Shown here piece by piece: positions 18,593 through 30,295 of a stretch of DNA of 64,000 nt. The stretch is from a bacterium (GTDB lineage: Bacteria; J088; JAWLBW01). The notes under the pieces are model-generated. The model searched no databases. It was given only the letters and a program-made list of their open reading frames with translations, and had not been told where the DNA came from. Position 1 is the stretch's first letter, and each line of letters opens with the position of its first letter. The translations under genes were made by a program, and so were the position numbers. The DNA lies in NCBI GenBank assembly GCA_041690355.1, contig JAWLHK010000010.1, forward strand, positions 1 to 64,000, read 5' to 3'.

Positions 18593-21500
18593 ATGCGCCC
18601 GGCGGCCGACAGCATCGGCGGCAGGCGATCGCCGGCTGATCCCTCTTCCTTTGGGGTTCTACGGACGGGTGCTAATCTGCAACCTGAAATCACCTGTCAC
18701 CGCGAGCATCTCCCCTTGGATTCGCAATCGAACCTCGCCGGGTCGACCGTCGAACATCGAAAGCCGCAGGAGACCGGGCGCAGAGGGCGCCGGCACCGCG
18801 AACCCGACACCGATCGGCTGCTCGAGGCACTAGAAGCGTTGTACCGGGGCAACTTTTCTTACCGGATGGAAGCCGACGGCCTTGTAGCCGAAGCGGTCAA
18901 CCGCCTGGCCGCCCGTGGCGAGCAGTGCGTGAGCGAGCTCGCGCGGGCTACGCGCATCGTCGGACGCGAGGGCCGGTTCGACGAACGCGCCTCGGTTGAG
19001 GGCCTCGAGGGGCACTGGAGGCTGGGCCTGGGTTCGGTCAACGCGATGATGGACAACCTTGCGACGCCCCTGAACCAGTTCGCCGAGGTGGTGCGCGCCA
19101 TCGCGGTCGGCGACTTCTCAGTGCGCATGACGGCCGAGGTCGGCGGCGACTTTCAACAGCTCAAGCACTCCCTCAATGCACTCGTACAGCAGCTGTCTGA
19201 TTTTTCGAGTGAGGTCACCCGCGTCGCCATGGAGGTGGGCGCAGATGGCAAACTGGGCGGCCAGGCCGACGTACGGGGAACCTCAGGGACGTGGAAGCAT
19301 CTCATCGACAGCGTCAACATGCTGGCCGGGAACCTGACGTCACAGGTGCGCAGCATCGCGCTCGTGACGACGGCCATCGCCCGCGGCGATCTCACGCAGA
19401 AGATCACGGTCGAAGCGCGCGGCGAGCTGCTCGCGCTCAAGGACACGATCAACACGATGGTCGATCAGCTCTCGTCCTTCGCGTCGGAAGTGACCCGCGT
19501 CGCCAAGGAGGTCGGCACCGAGGGCAAGCTTGGCAGCCAGGCGCGGGTGAAGGGGATCGCCGGGACCTGGAAAGACCTGACCGACAACGTCAACGCCATG
19601 GCTTCGAACCTGACCGACCAGGTGCGCAGCATCGCGACCGTGACGACGGCCGTCGCGCGCGGCGACCTTTCGCAGAAGATCAAAATCGACGCCCTCGGCG
19701 AAATTCTCGAGCTCAAGAACACCATCAACACGATGGTCGACCAGCTCTCGTCCTTCGCCGCCGAGGTCACCCGGGTAGCGCGCGAGGTCGGCACCGAGGG
19801 GCGCCTCGGCGGCCAGGCAGAGGTGCCGGGTGTAGGGGGTACGTGGAAGGATCTGACGAACAACGTGAACGCCATGGCCTCGAATCTCACGAACCAGGTA
19901 CGCAACATCGCCAAGGTCACGACCGCCGTCGCCCAGGGCGACCTCTCGCAGAAGATCACCGTCGACGTGCGCGGTGAGATGCTCGAACTCAAGAACACGA
20001 TCAACACCATGGTCGACCAGCTCTCGTCCTTCGCCTCGGAGGTGACCCGGGTCGCCAAAGAGGTGGGCACCGAAGGCGAGCTCGGCGGCCAGGCCCACGT
20101 CAAAGGGGTCTCGGGAACGTGGAAGGATCTGACGGACAACGTCAACGCCATGGCTTCGAACCTCACCGTGCAGCTGCGCGACGTTTCGCGCGTCGCCACG
20201 GCCATCGCCAACGGCGACCTCGGGCAGAAGGTCACCGTCGAGGCGCACGGCGAGATTCTCCAGATCAAGGACGTCGTCAACAAAATGGTCGACACCCTGA
20301 ACTCCTTCGCCGACGAAGTAAGCCGGGTCGCGCTCGAGGTAGGCACGCAGGGCAAGCTCGGCGGGCAGGCGGTCGTCGGCGGCGTATCCGGGACGTGGAA
20401 GCAGCTGACCGACAACGTGAACAGCCTGGCGGCCAACCTGACGAGCCAGGTGCGCAACATCGCCAAGGTCACGACCGCCGTGGCCAAGGGAGACCTGACC
20501 CAGACGATCACGGTCGAAGCCAGCGGCGAAATCCTGGAGCTCAAGAGCACGATTAATACCATGGTCGACCAGCTCTCCTCTTTCGCCTCGGAAGTCACCC
20601 GCGTCGCCAAAGAGGTGGGCACCGATGGCAAGCTCGGCGGGCAAGCCGAGGTACAGGGGGTTGGCGGTACGTGGAAGGATCTGACGGACAACGTCAACGC
20701 CATGGCCTCGAACCTGACGGTTCAGCTGCGCGACGTCTCTCGCGTCGCCACGGCGATCGCCACCGGCGACCTGTCTCAGAAAGTCATCGTCGAGGCACGC
20801 GGCGAAATCCTGCGCATCAAGGCAGTGGTCAACGGCATGGTCGAGACGCTCAATTCCTTCGCGTCCGAGGTCACCCGCGTCGCCAAGGAAGTGGGCACCG
20901 AAGGCAAACTCGGCGGGCAGGCCGACGTGAAGGGTGTCGCCGGCACGTGGAAGGATTTGACCGATAACGTCAACTTCATGGCGGCCAATGTCACGAAGCA
21001 GGTGCGTGGCATCGCCAAGGTCGTCACGGCCGTCGCCAACGGCGACCTGACCAAGAAGTTCGTCCTGGAGGCCAAAGGTGAAGTCGCCGAATTCACCGAA
21101 ACCATCAATCAGATGGTCGAGACCCTGCGCGTGTTCGCCGATCAGGTGACGACCGTCGCGCGCGAGGTTGGAGTCGAAGGCAAGCTGGGGGTGCAGGCCA
21201 CGGTGCCCGGCGTGGCGGGAACGTGGAAGGACCTGACCGAGAACGTGAATTTCATGGCCTCGAACCTCACGCAGCAGGTGCGCGGCATCGCGAACGTCGT
21301 CACCGCGGTCGCCAACGGCGATCTTACCCAGAAGTTCGTGCTGCAGGCGAAGGGTGAAGTCGCGCAGTTCACCGAAACGATCAACCAGATGGTCGAGACA
21401 CTGCGCATCTTCGCCGACCAGGTGACCACGGTGGCTCGCGAAGTCGGCATTGAGGGCAAGCTGGGCGGGCAGGCCAACGTCCCCGGCGCCGCCGGCACGT

Positions 21501-23608
21501 GGAGGGGGCTGACCGACAACGTGAACCAGCTTGCCGGGAATCTGACGACCCAGGTACGCGCCATCGCCGAAGTGGCCACGGCCGTGACCAAGGGCGATCT
21601 GAGCCGGGCGGTCACGGTCGAGGCAAAGGGCGAAGTGCTCGAGCTCAAGAACAACGTCAACAAGATGATCGAAAATCTGCGCAGCACGACGCAGTCGAAC
21701 CGGGAGCAGGACTGGCTCAAGTCGAATCTGGCCAAACTCACGGGCCTCATGCAGAGTCAGCGCACCGTCGATTCGCTGACGAGCATGATCATGTCCGAGC
21801 TCACCCCGCTCATCGCGGCGCAGTACGGCGCGTTCTATGTCGTCGAGGGGGCAGAGAGAGAGCGCATGCTTCGACTGGCCGCATCCTATGCATTCTTCCG
21901 CAGGAAAGGTCTGTCGGACCGCATCGCCTTCGGCGAGGGTCTGGTCGGTCAATGCGCGGCCGAGAAGAAGCCGATCATCATCTCAGACGTTCCCGACGAC
22001 TATGTTCAGATCAGCTCTGCGCTCGGGCATTCGAGGCCCCGCTACATCGGGCTGTTTCCGGTCATTTTCGAAGGAGACCTGAAGGCGGTCATCGAGCTCG
22101 GATCCTTTCAGGGATTCAGCGACGTGCACTTCACCTTTCTGCAGCAGCTCATGCAGAGCATCGGCGTCGTCATCAACATGATCACCGCCAACATGCGCAC
22201 CGAGGAGCTGCTCGAAGAGCTGCAGCGTTCGAACGCGACGCTCAAGGCCCGGCGCGAGGAACTCGAGGCGCAGGCGGCGCAGCTCGAGAGCAAGAACCGC
22301 GAAATCGCAGCCGCCAGTGCCTCCATCGAGGAGAAAGCCCGGGAGCTCTCCCAGATATCCAAGTACAAGAGCGATTTTCTCGCCAACATGTCTCACGAGC
22401 TGCGCACCCCGCTCAACAGCATGCTCATTCTGGCGCGCATGCTCAGCGAAAATCCAGACAAGCACCTCTCACCCAAGGAGGTCGAATACGCGAAGACGGT
22501 GTACTCGGCGGGGCAGGATCTGCTGGCGCTCATCAACGAAATCCTCGACCTGTCGAAGGTCGAGGCGGGCAAAATTGAAGTCGCCCGCGAGCCGGTTCGC
22601 CTGCAGGAAATTGCAGACTTCGCGGAGCGTCACTTCAGGGCGGTCATGCGCGAGAAGGGACTCGAGTTCTCCATTCGAATCTCTCCCGAAGCGCCGCCGG
22701 TCATCGTGACCGACGAGCGCCGGCTCAAACAGATCATCAAGAACCTGCTTTCGAACGCCGTGAAATTCACCGAGCGCGGTCACGTCGCTCTCGACATCGG
22801 GATGGCGAGCCCCTCCTCACGCTTCCGCATGCCTGCCCTGCTGCGGGCTCGATCGATCGTCTCTTTCGCCGTCTCGGACACCGGCATCGGAATTCCCGAA
22901 GAAAAACAGCGCGTCATTTTCGAGGCCTTTCAGCAGGCCGATACGACCACGTCGCGCAGGTACGGCGGCACGGGCCTCGGATTGACGATCAGCCGTCAGC
23001 TCGCCCGCCTGCTGAGCGGCGAGCTGACGCTGCGCAGTGCCCCGGACAAGGGCTCGACTTTCACGCTCTACCTCCCTGTGGACAGGGCGGTACTCGAAGA
23101 GCCATGGGGGGCCGCGTCTGCCGCGATGGAAACTGCGCCTGATCATGCGGTCGACCACGGCGCCGCCGGCGAGGAGGTAGAAGAGTCGCCGCCGCCGCAA
23201 GGGGCGAAACCGCTGCAAGGACGCACGCTGATGCTGGTCGACGACGATCCGCGCAATCTCTATTCGATGACCGGTCAGCTCGAGCGATTAGGGGCAGAGG
23301 TCCACGCCTTCGACAACGCCACCGATGCCTTGGAAAGGCTGGAGACCGGCGAACGTTACGACGCGCTCCTGCTGGATATCATGATGCCGGGCATCGACGG
23401 CTATCAGGCGGCGGGCAGGATACGGGCGAATGCAGATCTGTCCGGACTGCCCATCATCGCCGTCTCGGCCAAGGCCATGCCCGAAGACCGGCAGCGCGCC
23501 ATGGACGCGGGGTTCTCCGACTACCTCGCGAAGCCGCTGAACGTCGAGCAGCTGAGCGCGACGCTACTCGAGTGGGTCAAGGATGCCGATGCCGATCGAT
23601 CCAAGTGA
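18593..23608 (+). CDS. Poly-HAMP hybrid histidine kinase (HAMP repeats, GAF, HisKA, HATPase, REC)
   Basis: About ten 92-aa repeats ([11 protein letters not shown]), [26 protein letters not shown] and a C-terminal receiver (LLDIMMP). The true start may lie downstream of 18593. Confidence 0.95.
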   Translation: MRPAADSIGGRRSPADPSSFGVLRTGANLQPEITCHREHLPLDSQSNLAGSTVEHRKPQETGRRGRRHREPDTDRLLEALEALYRGNFSYRMEADGLVAEAVNRLAARGEQCVSELARATRIVGREGRFDERASVEGLEGHWRLGLGSVNAMMDNLATPLNQFAEVVRAIAVGDFSVRMTAEVGGDFQQLKHSLNALVQQLSDFSSEVTRVAMEVGADGKLGGQADVRGTSGTWKHLIDSVNMLAGNLTSQVRSIALVTTAIARGDLTQKITVEARGELLALKDTINTMVDQLSSFASEVTRVAKEVGTEGKLGSQARVKGIAGTWKDLTDNVNAMASNLTDQVRSIATVTTAVARGDLSQKIKIDALGEILELKNTINTMVDQLSSFAAEVTRVAREVGTEGRLGGQAEVPGVGGTWKDLTNNVNAMASNLTNQVRNIAKVTTAVAQGDLSQKITVDVRGEMLELKNTINTMVDQLSSFASEVTRVAKEVGTEGELGGQAHVKGVSGTWKDLTDNVNAMASNLTVQLRDVSRVATAIANGDLGQKVTVEAHGEILQIKDVVNKMVDTLNSFADEVSRVALEVGTQGKLGGQAVVGGVSGTWKQLTDNVNSLAANLTSQVRNIAKVTTAVAKGDLTQTITVEASGEILELKSTINTMVDQLSSFASEVTRVAKEVGTDGKLGGQAEVQGVGGTWKDLTDNVNAMASNLTVQLRDVSRVATAIATGDLSQKVIVEARGEILRIKAVVNGMVETLNSFASEVTRVAKEVGTEGKLGGQADVKGVAGTWKDLTDNVNFMAANVTKQVRGIAKVVTAVANGDLTKKFVLEAKGEVAEFTETINQMVETLRVFADQVTTVAREVGVEGKLGVQATVPGVAGTWKDLTENVNFMASNLTQQVRGIANVVTAVANGDLTQKFVLQAKGEVAQFTETINQMVETLRIFADQVTTVAREVGIEGKLGGQANVPGAAGTWRGLTDNVNQLAGNLTTQVRAIAEVATAVTKGDLSRAVTVEAKGEVLELKNNVNKMIENLRSTTQSNREQDWLKSNLAKLTGLMQSQRTVDSLTSMIMSELTPLIAAQYGAFYVVEGAERERMLRLAASYAFFRRKGLSDRIAFGEGLVGQCAAEKKPIIISDVPDDYVQISSALGHSRPRYIGLFPVIFEGDLKAVIELGSFQGFSDVHFTFLQQLMQSIGVVINMITANMRTEELLEELQRSNATLKARREELEAQAAQLESKNREIAAASASIEEKARELSQISKYKSDFLANMSHELRTPLNSMLILARMLSENPDKHLSPKEVEYAKTVYSAGQDLLALINEILDLSKVEAGKIEVAREPVRLQEIADFAERHFRAVMREKGLEFSIRISPEAPPVIVTDERRLKQIIKNLLSNAVKFTERGHVALDIGMASPSSRFRMPALLRARSIVSFAVSDTGIGIPEEKQRVIFEAFQQADTTTSRRYGGTGLGLTISRQLARLLSGELTLRSAPDKGSTFTLYLPVDRAVLEEPWGAASAAMETAPDHAVDHGAAGEEVEESPPPQGAKPLQGRTLMLVDDDPRNLYSMTGQLERLGAEVHAFDNATDALERLETGERYDALLLDIMMPGIDGYQAAGRIRANADLSGLPIIAVSAKAMPEDRQRAMDAGFSDYLAKPLNVEQLSATLLEWVKDADADRSK
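19200..21680 (+). repeat. Intragenic 276-bp tandem repeat encoding HAMP units
   Basis: The TW(K/R) codons recur every 276 bp from about 19290 to 21500. Confidence 0.9.
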
Positions 23609-25832
23609 CGCACCGCCGACCGAGGCCGCGGTTCTTCTGGTTGACGACAATCCGGACAATCTCACGGCCCTTCGCGCTGTGTTGGCCGAATCTGACTACG
23701 CCATTGAAACCGCGAGCTCGGGGCCCGAAGCACTGTCGAAGCTGCTCCGAACGGAGTATGCCGTCGTTCTGCTCGACGTCTCGATGCCCGCAATGGATGG
23801 CTACGAAGTTGCCGCGCTCATGCGCCGGCGTGAACGCACCCTGCACACGCCAATCATTTTTCTGACCGCCGTAGCGCGCGACCCGGCCAATATCGAACGG
23901 GGCTATTCGATGGGCGCCGTCGACTTCGTGACCAAGCCGTTCGAGCCGGCCATCGTCCGGGCCAAGGTGGCCGTGTTCGTCGACCTTCACCGGTCAAAGG
24001 AGACCCTGCGCAGACAGTCGAAGCTGCTTCGGGAGAGCGAACGGCGTGCCTTCGAACTGCAGATGGCCGCCGAGCGCAGGGCAAGCGATCGCCACTATCG
24101 CGAGCTCGCGAATGCGGTTCCGCAGATCGTCTGGGTCGCCGACGAAGACGGAAATATCGATTACTGGAATCAGCGCTGGTGGCAGTATACCGGCACCAGA
24201 GACGGTGGTAAGGCCGACCTGGGGCGGGTGCTCGAGAAGTCCGATGCGGGGCGGTTCGAAACGGGCTGGAGAAGGGCAATTGCCGAAGGGCGGATGTTCG
24301 AAGACGAGTTCCGCCTGCGGCGATGGGACGGTGCCTACCGCTGGCATCTCTGCAACGCCGTGCCCGAGCGGGATGCGAACGGCAGGACCGTCGCCTGGAT
24401 CGGGACGTTCACCGATATCGACGAGCGCCACCAGAGCGAGCTCGAACGCGCACGGCTGCTCGAACTCGAGACCAGGGCCCGCCGCGATGCCGACGACGCG
24501 CGGCGACGTTCAGACTTTCTTTCGGAGATTACGGGAATTCTTGCATCGTCACTCGAGTATGGAGAGTCGTTTTCCAAGGCGCTGCGGGCCATCGTCACCG
24601 AGCTCTGTGACTGGTGCATCGCGTATGTCATCGACGGCGGCGTCGTCAAGCTGGTTGAAGTGATCCACGCCGTACCCGACCGGGCAAGCCGCGCGAAGGG
24701 GCGCATCGCTTCGTTCGATCTTGCCTCCCTGGCGCGCAGTACCGGCATCGGCGGAATGCTGCTCCGGCAACAGCCGACATTCCTGCATCCCGACGTTGCA
24801 GGGGATTGTCTTGTTGACGTCCTTCACCTGGAACCCGAGGTGGTCGACGAGCTTGGTCGGGGTGAGGTAGTCTGCGTTCCGCTGGTGGCCGGCGGGCGCA
24901 ATCTCGGCATACTGGCCATGGTGCGGTTCTCGGCCCGCGCGATTACCGTCGACGAGCCCCTGGCGGCCGATCTCGGCCGGCGGCTGGGACTGGCGCTCGA
25001 CAACAGCCGTCTGTTCATGCAGGCCCGGCACGCGGTTGACCTTCGCGATGAATTCATCTCCGTGGCCTCGCATGAGCTCAAGACGCCGCTCACGTCCCTG
25101 CTGCTCCAGCTCGGAGTCCTGATGCGCCAGCTCGAACGTTTCACCGGCGAAGGGGTCGGCGCCGAACTGGCGAGGATTCAACCGGTCCGTCAGGCCGCCG
25201 AAGGGGCGCTCCGGCAGACGAATCGTCTGGCCGCCATGGTCAATGAGCTGCTTGACGTCACGCGAGCGAGCATCGGCCGCCTCGAGCTGCAGCGCGAACC
25301 GTGTGACCTGGCCGAACTCATCGGCGACGTGGCCGCGCGGTTCCGCGAGGATGCCGACCAGGCGCACACGCCGCTTCGCGTTTCGGCGCCCGCTTCGCTC
25401 GAGGGGATGTGGGATCGCAGCCGTCTCGATCAGGTTCTGTCGAATCTGATCTCGAATGCCGTGCGGTACGGGCGCGACAGACCGATCGATATTCTGGTCG
25501 CCCGGCAGGGTTCCGACGCGGTCGTGAAGGTACGCGATCACGGGGCTGGTATCCCCGAGGCGCTGCAGGAACAGATTTTCGAAAAGTACCAGCGGGGCGT
25601 CGCGCGGGCCCCCGGAGGGCTCGGCCTCGGCCTCCACATTGCCCGCGAAATCGTGGCTGCTCATGGAGGCCGGCTGGTTCTCGAGAGCCGTCCCGGACGC
25701 GGCTCGACGTTTACGGTGTGCCTGCCTCTCGGGCCGGCCGCGCACGAGGGCCCTACCGCACCAGCGGCGGGCCACCGCCCAGCGCACCGGCATTCCCAAG
25801 CCGACGACGGGCAGCGCCCTGCAGAACCCTGA
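23583..25832 (+). CDS. Hybrid sensor kinase (REC, PAS, GAF, HisKA, HATPase)
   Basis: VLLVDD..LLDVSMP, PAS-like YWNQRW..GAYRWHL, SHELKTPL, NLISNAVRY, GLGLGL. Confidence 0.93.
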   Translation: MPMPIDPSDAPPTEAAVLLVDDNPDNLTALRAVLAESDYAIETASSGPEALSKLLRTEYAVVLLDVSMPAMDGYEVAALMRRRERTLHTPIIFLTAVARDPANIERGYSMGAVDFVTKPFEPAIVRAKVAVFVDLHRSKETLRRQSKLLRESERRAFELQMAAERRASDRHYRELANAVPQIVWVADEDGNIDYWNQRWWQYTGTRDGGKADLGRVLEKSDAGRFETGWRRAIAEGRMFEDEFRLRRWDGAYRWHLCNAVPERDANGRTVAWIGTFTDIDERHQSELERARLLELETRARRDADDARRRSDFLSEITGILASSLEYGESFSKALRAIVTELCDWCIAYVIDGGVVKLVEVIHAVPDRASRAKGRIASFDLASLARSTGIGGMLLRQQPTFLHPDVAGDCLVDVLHLEPEVVDELGRGEVVCVPLVAGGRNLGILAMVRFSARAITVDEPLAADLGRRLGLALDNSRLFMQARHAVDLRDEFISVASHELKTPLTSLLLQLGVLMRQLERFTGEGVGAELARIQPVRQAAEGALRQTNRLAAMVNELLDVTRASIGRLELQREPCDLAELIGDVAARFREDADQAHTPLRVSAPASLEGMWDRSRLDQVLSNLISNAVRYGRDRPIDILVARQGSDAVVKVRDHGAGIPEALQEQIFEKYQRGVARAPGGLGLGLHIAREIVAAHGGRLVLESRPGRGSTFTVCLPLGPAAHEGPTAPAAGHRPAHRHSQADDGQRPAEP

Positions 25833-25893
25833 CCCGCACGTCGGCACTCCTTTCTGGCCGCCACTCCGCATGCCACTCCGGGCAACCGCCCGC

Positions 25894-25923
25894 TTGACAA
25901 TGCGTTCGTTACGGAGATACAGT
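25894..25923 (+). promoter_or_regulatory. Sigma70-type promoter for the TetR gene
   Basis: TTGACA (25894-25899), 18 nt, TACAGT (25918-25923). GTTAC...GTAAC inverted half-sites overlap it and are a possible operator. Confidence 0.6.
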
Positions 25924-25971
25924 TTGTGAAACGTTGTAACATCCCACGACGCGTCACTGCGGAGCCGGCCT

Positions 25972-26601
25972 ATGATCAACGCCTCCCTTCTCGAAGCCAT
26001 CCTGCCCGAGGGCGACCCTGACGATTCGCGCGAGGGCATCCTTGACGCCGCGCTCGGGGTGCTGTCGGAGTACGGATTCCGCAAGTCGTCGATGGAAGAC
26101 GTCGCGCGCGCGGCCGGCGTCAGCCGCGTAACCCTCTATCGCCGGTTCGCCGACAAGGATGCGCTCGTGCATGCCGTCATGCTGCGCGAGGCACGCCGTT
26201 CGCTGCTGCGAATCCTTGAGACCCTCAACGGCCTCCCGACCGCCGAAGAGCGCTTCGTGCGCGGCTTTGTCGCGACCGTGCTCGTGGCGCGGCAGCATCC
26301 CCTCTTTCGCCATCTCCTGCGAAGCGACGCCGAGATCGTGCTTCCCCGCTATGCCCTGATGACCGTCTCGCAGACCATCGACTTCGGCCGTGAATTCATG
26401 GCGCAGATCATCAGCGGCCTGCAGGCGCAGGGCGAGTTCAAGGAGCTCGATGCGGCCTACCTTGCCGAGGTCCTCATCCGCCTCTGGCATTCGCTCGTGC
26501 TCGTGCCGAGCGCGAAGGTAGACTCCGACGACGAAAAGAGTCTGACACGGCTCGCGCGCGGCTTTCTCCATCCCCTGCTCTCCCGGCAGCGCGGCCGTTG
26601 A
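25972..26601 (+). CDS. TetR/AcrR family transcriptional regulator
   Basis: HTH SMEDVARAAGVSRVTLYRRFADK; GGAG RBS. Confidence 0.93.
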   Translation: MINASLLEAILPEGDPDDSREGILDAALGVLSEYGFRKSSMEDVARAAGVSRVTLYRRFADKDALVHAVMLREARRSLLRILETLNGLPTAEERFVRGFVATVLVARQHPLFRHLLRSDAEIVLPRYALMTVSQTIDFGREFMAQIISGLQAQGEFKELDAAYLAEVLIRLWHSLVLVPSAKVDSDDEKSLTRLARGFLHPLLSRQRGR

Positions 26602-26616
26602 ACGAGGGACCCACCC

Positions 26617-28413
26617 ATGGCCACCGTCACATCCCGTCTCTCGGCTTTCTGCGCACTCGCGCTTCTTTTCGCATGCTCGCCCGCACCCGCGAGCCCCGAT
26701 GCCGCCGCCGTCCGCGCACTGCTCGACACCGGCAAGGAGCAGCTGGCACGGCACGAGTGGAGCAACGCGAAATCGTCGTTCACGGCCGTTCTCGCAGAAT
26801 ATGATGCGCGCAATGGCGAGGCGCACTTCGGCATCGCGCTCGCCGAAACGCTTTTCCTCACCGACGTCATCCCCTGGATCGCCCAGGTCGGCCAGCGCGT
26901 CGGCGACACATATTCCCCCGCCGGCGCAGACGACGAGAGCCGCTATCTCAACGAGCTGATCACCGATGCGGTGCTGGAGATCCGCGCGCACTTCGAAGCG
27001 GCCGACCGCGCCCTCGAGGCCGTGCGCGGCGACACACGATTCACATTCCGCATCGAAGCGCTGACCGTCGGCGCCCACGAGGGATCTGCCGGCGTCAACC
27101 TGCAGGGCGAATACGACATGGGCGATGCGCTCCTGCTTCGCGCACTGGTCAACGCCCTGATCGCCCTGACCGACGTCATTCTCAGTGTCGACGTCGTCTT
27201 CGACTTTCCGGGGGCCCATGCCTACCTGACCGACCCGGCCTTCGACGCCGGCTCGATCGCGCATCTCATGGGACTCGTCACGCGCTTGCTCAATGACCCG
27301 GCCCACCCCGATTTTCTCGGTCTGGCTCCCGGCGGCACAGAACGCATGAGAGATGCCGCGCACCGCCTCTCGGAGTCGGCGCGCGACCTGGAGCTTGCGC
27401 TGGCCGCGATCGCACGGGAGAGCGACGATCAATCCGACGACGTCCTGCGATGGGTCGACGAAGACGGCGATGGCCGTTTCACCCCCCTCCCCGACCCCGG
27501 ACGCGACGCCTGCGCCGCACTCGCCGAAGCGGGAGCCGACTATGTTCGCGAAGACGCCGTGGAACTGCTCGGCGTGCGCCTGGCCAACAGCCGCGCGGTT
27601 CCGCATCTGAATCTGCGTATCGCCTGCACGCTGCAGAAAGCTGCCGTGAACCTGCGCTGGGACGACCGGGCCGGGCTCCCGACCGCGACGGCGTGGGCCG
27701 AACGGCCCGAGCTGAACGTCCTGGCCGATCTGCTGCCGATCGTCGACGCCGCCGTCGCAGGCCTTTCGGCGGCGTACCCCTCGATTACCCTGGGCCTCCC
27801 CGTGCCCGCCGGGACGCTGCTCACCGCCGCGTCGGAACTGCTCGGCGATGTCGCGCAGCTCGATCCGCATGCATTCTTCCTGCCAGATGACGCCGGCACG
27901 CCGGCCACCGTGCGCAGTCTGATTCCGCACTGGACCTCTGCGTGCGACGGCACGGCCTTCTGCGCCGATACCTTCGCGCTCGAGATGGAGTGTTCGCCGC
28001 TGCCGGCCACCCTGGCAACGTTTCCGGCACCCTTCACGACAGCCTTCGCGCGACTCGACGGAACGCTCCCCCTGTGCCGCGGCGCCTGGATCGACGGCGG
28101 AAGCTCGGCCGACGCCGACCACTTCGGCGGCGCGCTGGACGCCGACGGCATCGTGGGCTACCTCCCGTATATCCACTGGCAGGACGCGTCCTTTCACGGC
28201 CTGCTCGCCCTCAACGTCGGCGACATGGGCGCGCGCTACAAGGATTCGGCGTCTACCGCCGATGCGGCCATCGCCGACGGGTTGAGCGCGCTCGATCCCG
28301 ATCCCGCCGACTTCGCGGCCGCCTCGCTGGCTGATCTGAACGCGCTCACGGCGGCCGTCTCGGGAAACAGCGTCGTCGGCGCGGTCTTGCTGGAATTCGG
28401 TGACGATGAGTAA
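26617..28413 (+). CDS. Hypothetical lipoprotein (598 aa, helical)
   Basis: Lipobox LFAC; GAGG RBS; lies between TetR and the cytochrome gene with 15-16 nt gaps. Confidence 0.75.
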   Translation: MATVTSRLSAFCALALLFACSPAPASPDAAAVRALLDTGKEQLARHEWSNAKSSFTAVLAEYDARNGEAHFGIALAETLFLTDVIPWIAQVGQRVGDTYSPAGADDESRYLNELITDAVLEIRAHFEAADRALEAVRGDTRFTFRIEALTVGAHEGSAGVNLQGEYDMGDALLLRALVNALIALTDVILSVDVVFDFPGAHAYLTDPAFDAGSIAHLMGLVTRLLNDPAHPDFLGLAPGGTERMRDAAHRLSESARDLELALAAIARESDDQSDDVLRWVDEDGDGRFTPLPDPGRDACAALAEAGADYVREDAVELLGVRLANSRAVPHLNLRIACTLQKAAVNLRWDDRAGLPTATAWAERPELNVLADLLPIVDAAVAGLSAAYPSITLGLPVPAGTLLTAASELLGDVAQLDPHAFFLPDDAGTPATVRSLIPHWTSACDGTAFCADTFALEMECSPLPATLATFPAPFTTAFARLDGTLPLCRGAWIDGGSSADADHFGGALDADGIVGYLPYIHWQDASFHGLLALNVGDMGARYKDSASTADAAIADGLSALDPDPADFAAASLADLNALTAAVSGNSVVGAVLLEFGDDE

Positions 28414-28429
28414 TTCACGGAAACGACCC

Positions 28430-29866
28430 ATGAAACACGCTGCCCTTCCTTTCCTGATTCTCTTCGCCTGCCAGGCCGCTCCCCCCGCGCCGCCGGAGCC
28501 GGTTTCGCAGCCGCCGGAGTTGTGGTGGGGTTCCGGCATCCACATCGAACATGCCCCGCAGCGTCCGGGCGATCCGGATCTGGGCTGGGAGCTCATGATG
28601 AACGAGGGGTATGTGGGGTGCGGCCTGCCGGCGAGCGCTTTTCCGCTGCTCAAGTACGTGACGCCGGTGACTCCCGACGAGGTGCTCCCGGGGCGCACGG
28701 GGCCCGCCGCAGAGTTCCCCTTCAAGTGGAACTACCACGTGGCCGAATCGGGTGTTCCCCTCGCCGTCCCCAACTGCCTGCTCTGCCATGCCGGCCGGTT
28801 CAACGGCGAGATCGTCGTCGGCCTGGGGGATGCCGAGACCGACTTCACCGCCGACTTCGCGATCATCTCCAAGGCGGTCGATTTTCTGGAGCCGCTCAAG
28901 CACGAGCTCTTTTCAGCGGAAGAGAACGCGGAACTGGACAAGTTCGTCGCCCGGGTGCGCAAGCTCGGCGACATCACGAAGATGCGCACCATCGGCACCA
29001 ACCCTGCGAACGAGATCGGCGTGCTGCTCTTTTCGCATCGCGATCCGGTGACGCTCGAGTGGAGCGAGGAGCCGCTGATCGAGCTCCCCTACCGCGAACG
29101 CCTGCCGGTCGACACGCCGCCCTGGTGGCGCATGGCGAAGAAGTCGACGCAATTCTACAACGGCATGGGACGCGGCGATCACCGGCAGACGATGATGACG
29201 GCCTCGTCGCTTTGCGTCGACGACGTCTCCGATGCGGAAGAGATCGATACCTACTTCCACCACGTGGCCGCGTTCGTCGCCTCCGTGAAGCCGCCGAAGT
29301 ATCCCTTTGTGATCGATCGGGAGCGGGCAGCCTTCGGCGAGCGCGTGTTCGAGGCCAACTGCGCCGGCTGCCACGGGCATTACGGCGAGGATGACTCGTA
29401 TCCGAACCTCGTGATACCGCTCGACGTCATCCGCACCGATCCGGTGTACGCGGAGGCGGGCCCGTTTCTGACCGAGTTCGTGGAATGGTACAACACGTCG
29501 ATCTACGGAACCGACGCGTGGCTGGAGCCGATCGTCGGGTACATCGCGCCGCCGCTCGACGCCGTCTGGGCGACGGCCCCGTTCTTCCATAACGGTTCGG
29601 TGCCCAGCATCGAAGACGTGCTGAACTCCAAGGCGCGCCCGCGATACTGGAAGCGCATCGACTACGACAGCCGCAACTTCGACGAAGAGAAGCTGGGCTG
29701 GCCGTATGAAACGATGACGTACGGACACAATGAAGCTCCGGCCGAAGAGCGCAAGTACATCTACGACACGACCCAGCCGGGCCATTGGAACACGGGACAT
29801 CCGTTCGGCGATCATCTGACGGATCGGGAGCGCCGCGCGGTGCTCGAGTACCTCAAGACTCTCTAG
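28430..29866 (+). CDS. RoxA-like diheme c-type cytochrome, lipoprotein
   Basis: CLLCH and CAGCH heme sites; YIAPPLDAVWATAPFFHNGSVP; C-terminal NTGHPFGD..LEYLKTL; lipobox LFAC. Confidence 0.85.
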   Translation: MKHAALPFLILFACQAAPPAPPEPVSQPPELWWGSGIHIEHAPQRPGDPDLGWELMMNEGYVGCGLPASAFPLLKYVTPVTPDEVLPGRTGPAAEFPFKWNYHVAESGVPLAVPNCLLCHAGRFNGEIVVGLGDAETDFTADFAIISKAVDFLEPLKHELFSAEENAELDKFVARVRKLGDITKMRTIGTNPANEIGVLLFSHRDPVTLEWSEEPLIELPYRERLPVDTPPWWRMAKKSTQFYNGMGRGDHRQTMMTASSLCVDDVSDAEEIDTYFHHVAAFVASVKPPKYPFVIDRERAAFGERVFEANCAGCHGHYGEDDSYPNLVIPLDVIRTDPVYAEAGPFLTEFVEWYNTSIYGTDAWLEPIVGYIAPPLDAVWATAPFFHNGSVPSIEDVLNSKARPRYWKRIDYDSRNFDEEKLGWPYETMTYGHNEAPAEERKYIYDTTQPGHWNTGHPFGDHLTDRERRAVLEYLKTL

Positions 29867-29873
29867 AAGTTAC

Positions 29874-29903
29874 GAGTGACGAGTGACGAGTGACGAGTGA
29901 CGA
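29874..29903. repeat. Heptamer tandem repeat (GAGTGAC)n
   Basis: About four copies just after the cytochrome stop, with more near 29981-29993. Confidence 0.85.
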
Positions 29904-30045
29904 ATTCCCGACAAGGACCCTGAATGACATCTCCCTTGCCTCGTTGGCGCTTGGCGCTTAGCGCTCGGCGCTTTGCCTGCGTGACGAGTGACGTGTGGGC
30001 GTCCTCGTCAGACGGTGTCGAATCATGGAGTCCTGCTCTTGCAAG

Positions 30046-30232
30046 GACCGGCTCCTCGGGGCGAACGGTCTCGAGATGAACCCGTTTTGGACAAGACTGA
30101 TCTGTGAGTGACGATTCACGGTTTGCCCCGCGAAGACGTGGTTTTCGACGGTCCTTGCTTCGTCCCCCACTCTCCCCCTCCCCCACTCTCCCCCTCCCCC
30201 ACTCTCCCCCTCCCCCGCTCCCCCCCGCCCCC
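30046..30232. repeat. Dispersed repeat copy A ending in a C-rich octamer tract
   Basis: GACCGGCTCCTC..GGGCGAACGGT..TTTTGGACA.GACTGAT..CCTTGCTT..GTCCCCCACTCTCCC is shared with 32071-32210. Confidence 0.75.
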
Positions 30233-30295
30233 TTCACAAACCGGACCCCTCCGCCGATAATGGCGCTGAAAAACCGCCGTTCGGAGGAAATCGCC

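Noticed and set aside
19340-21952. 870-aa minus-strand ORF and similar long antisense ORFs (25954..28725, 35880..38045, 51689..54790)
   Set aside because: Antisense shadows of well-supported genes, expected in GC-rich DNA with strong codon bias.
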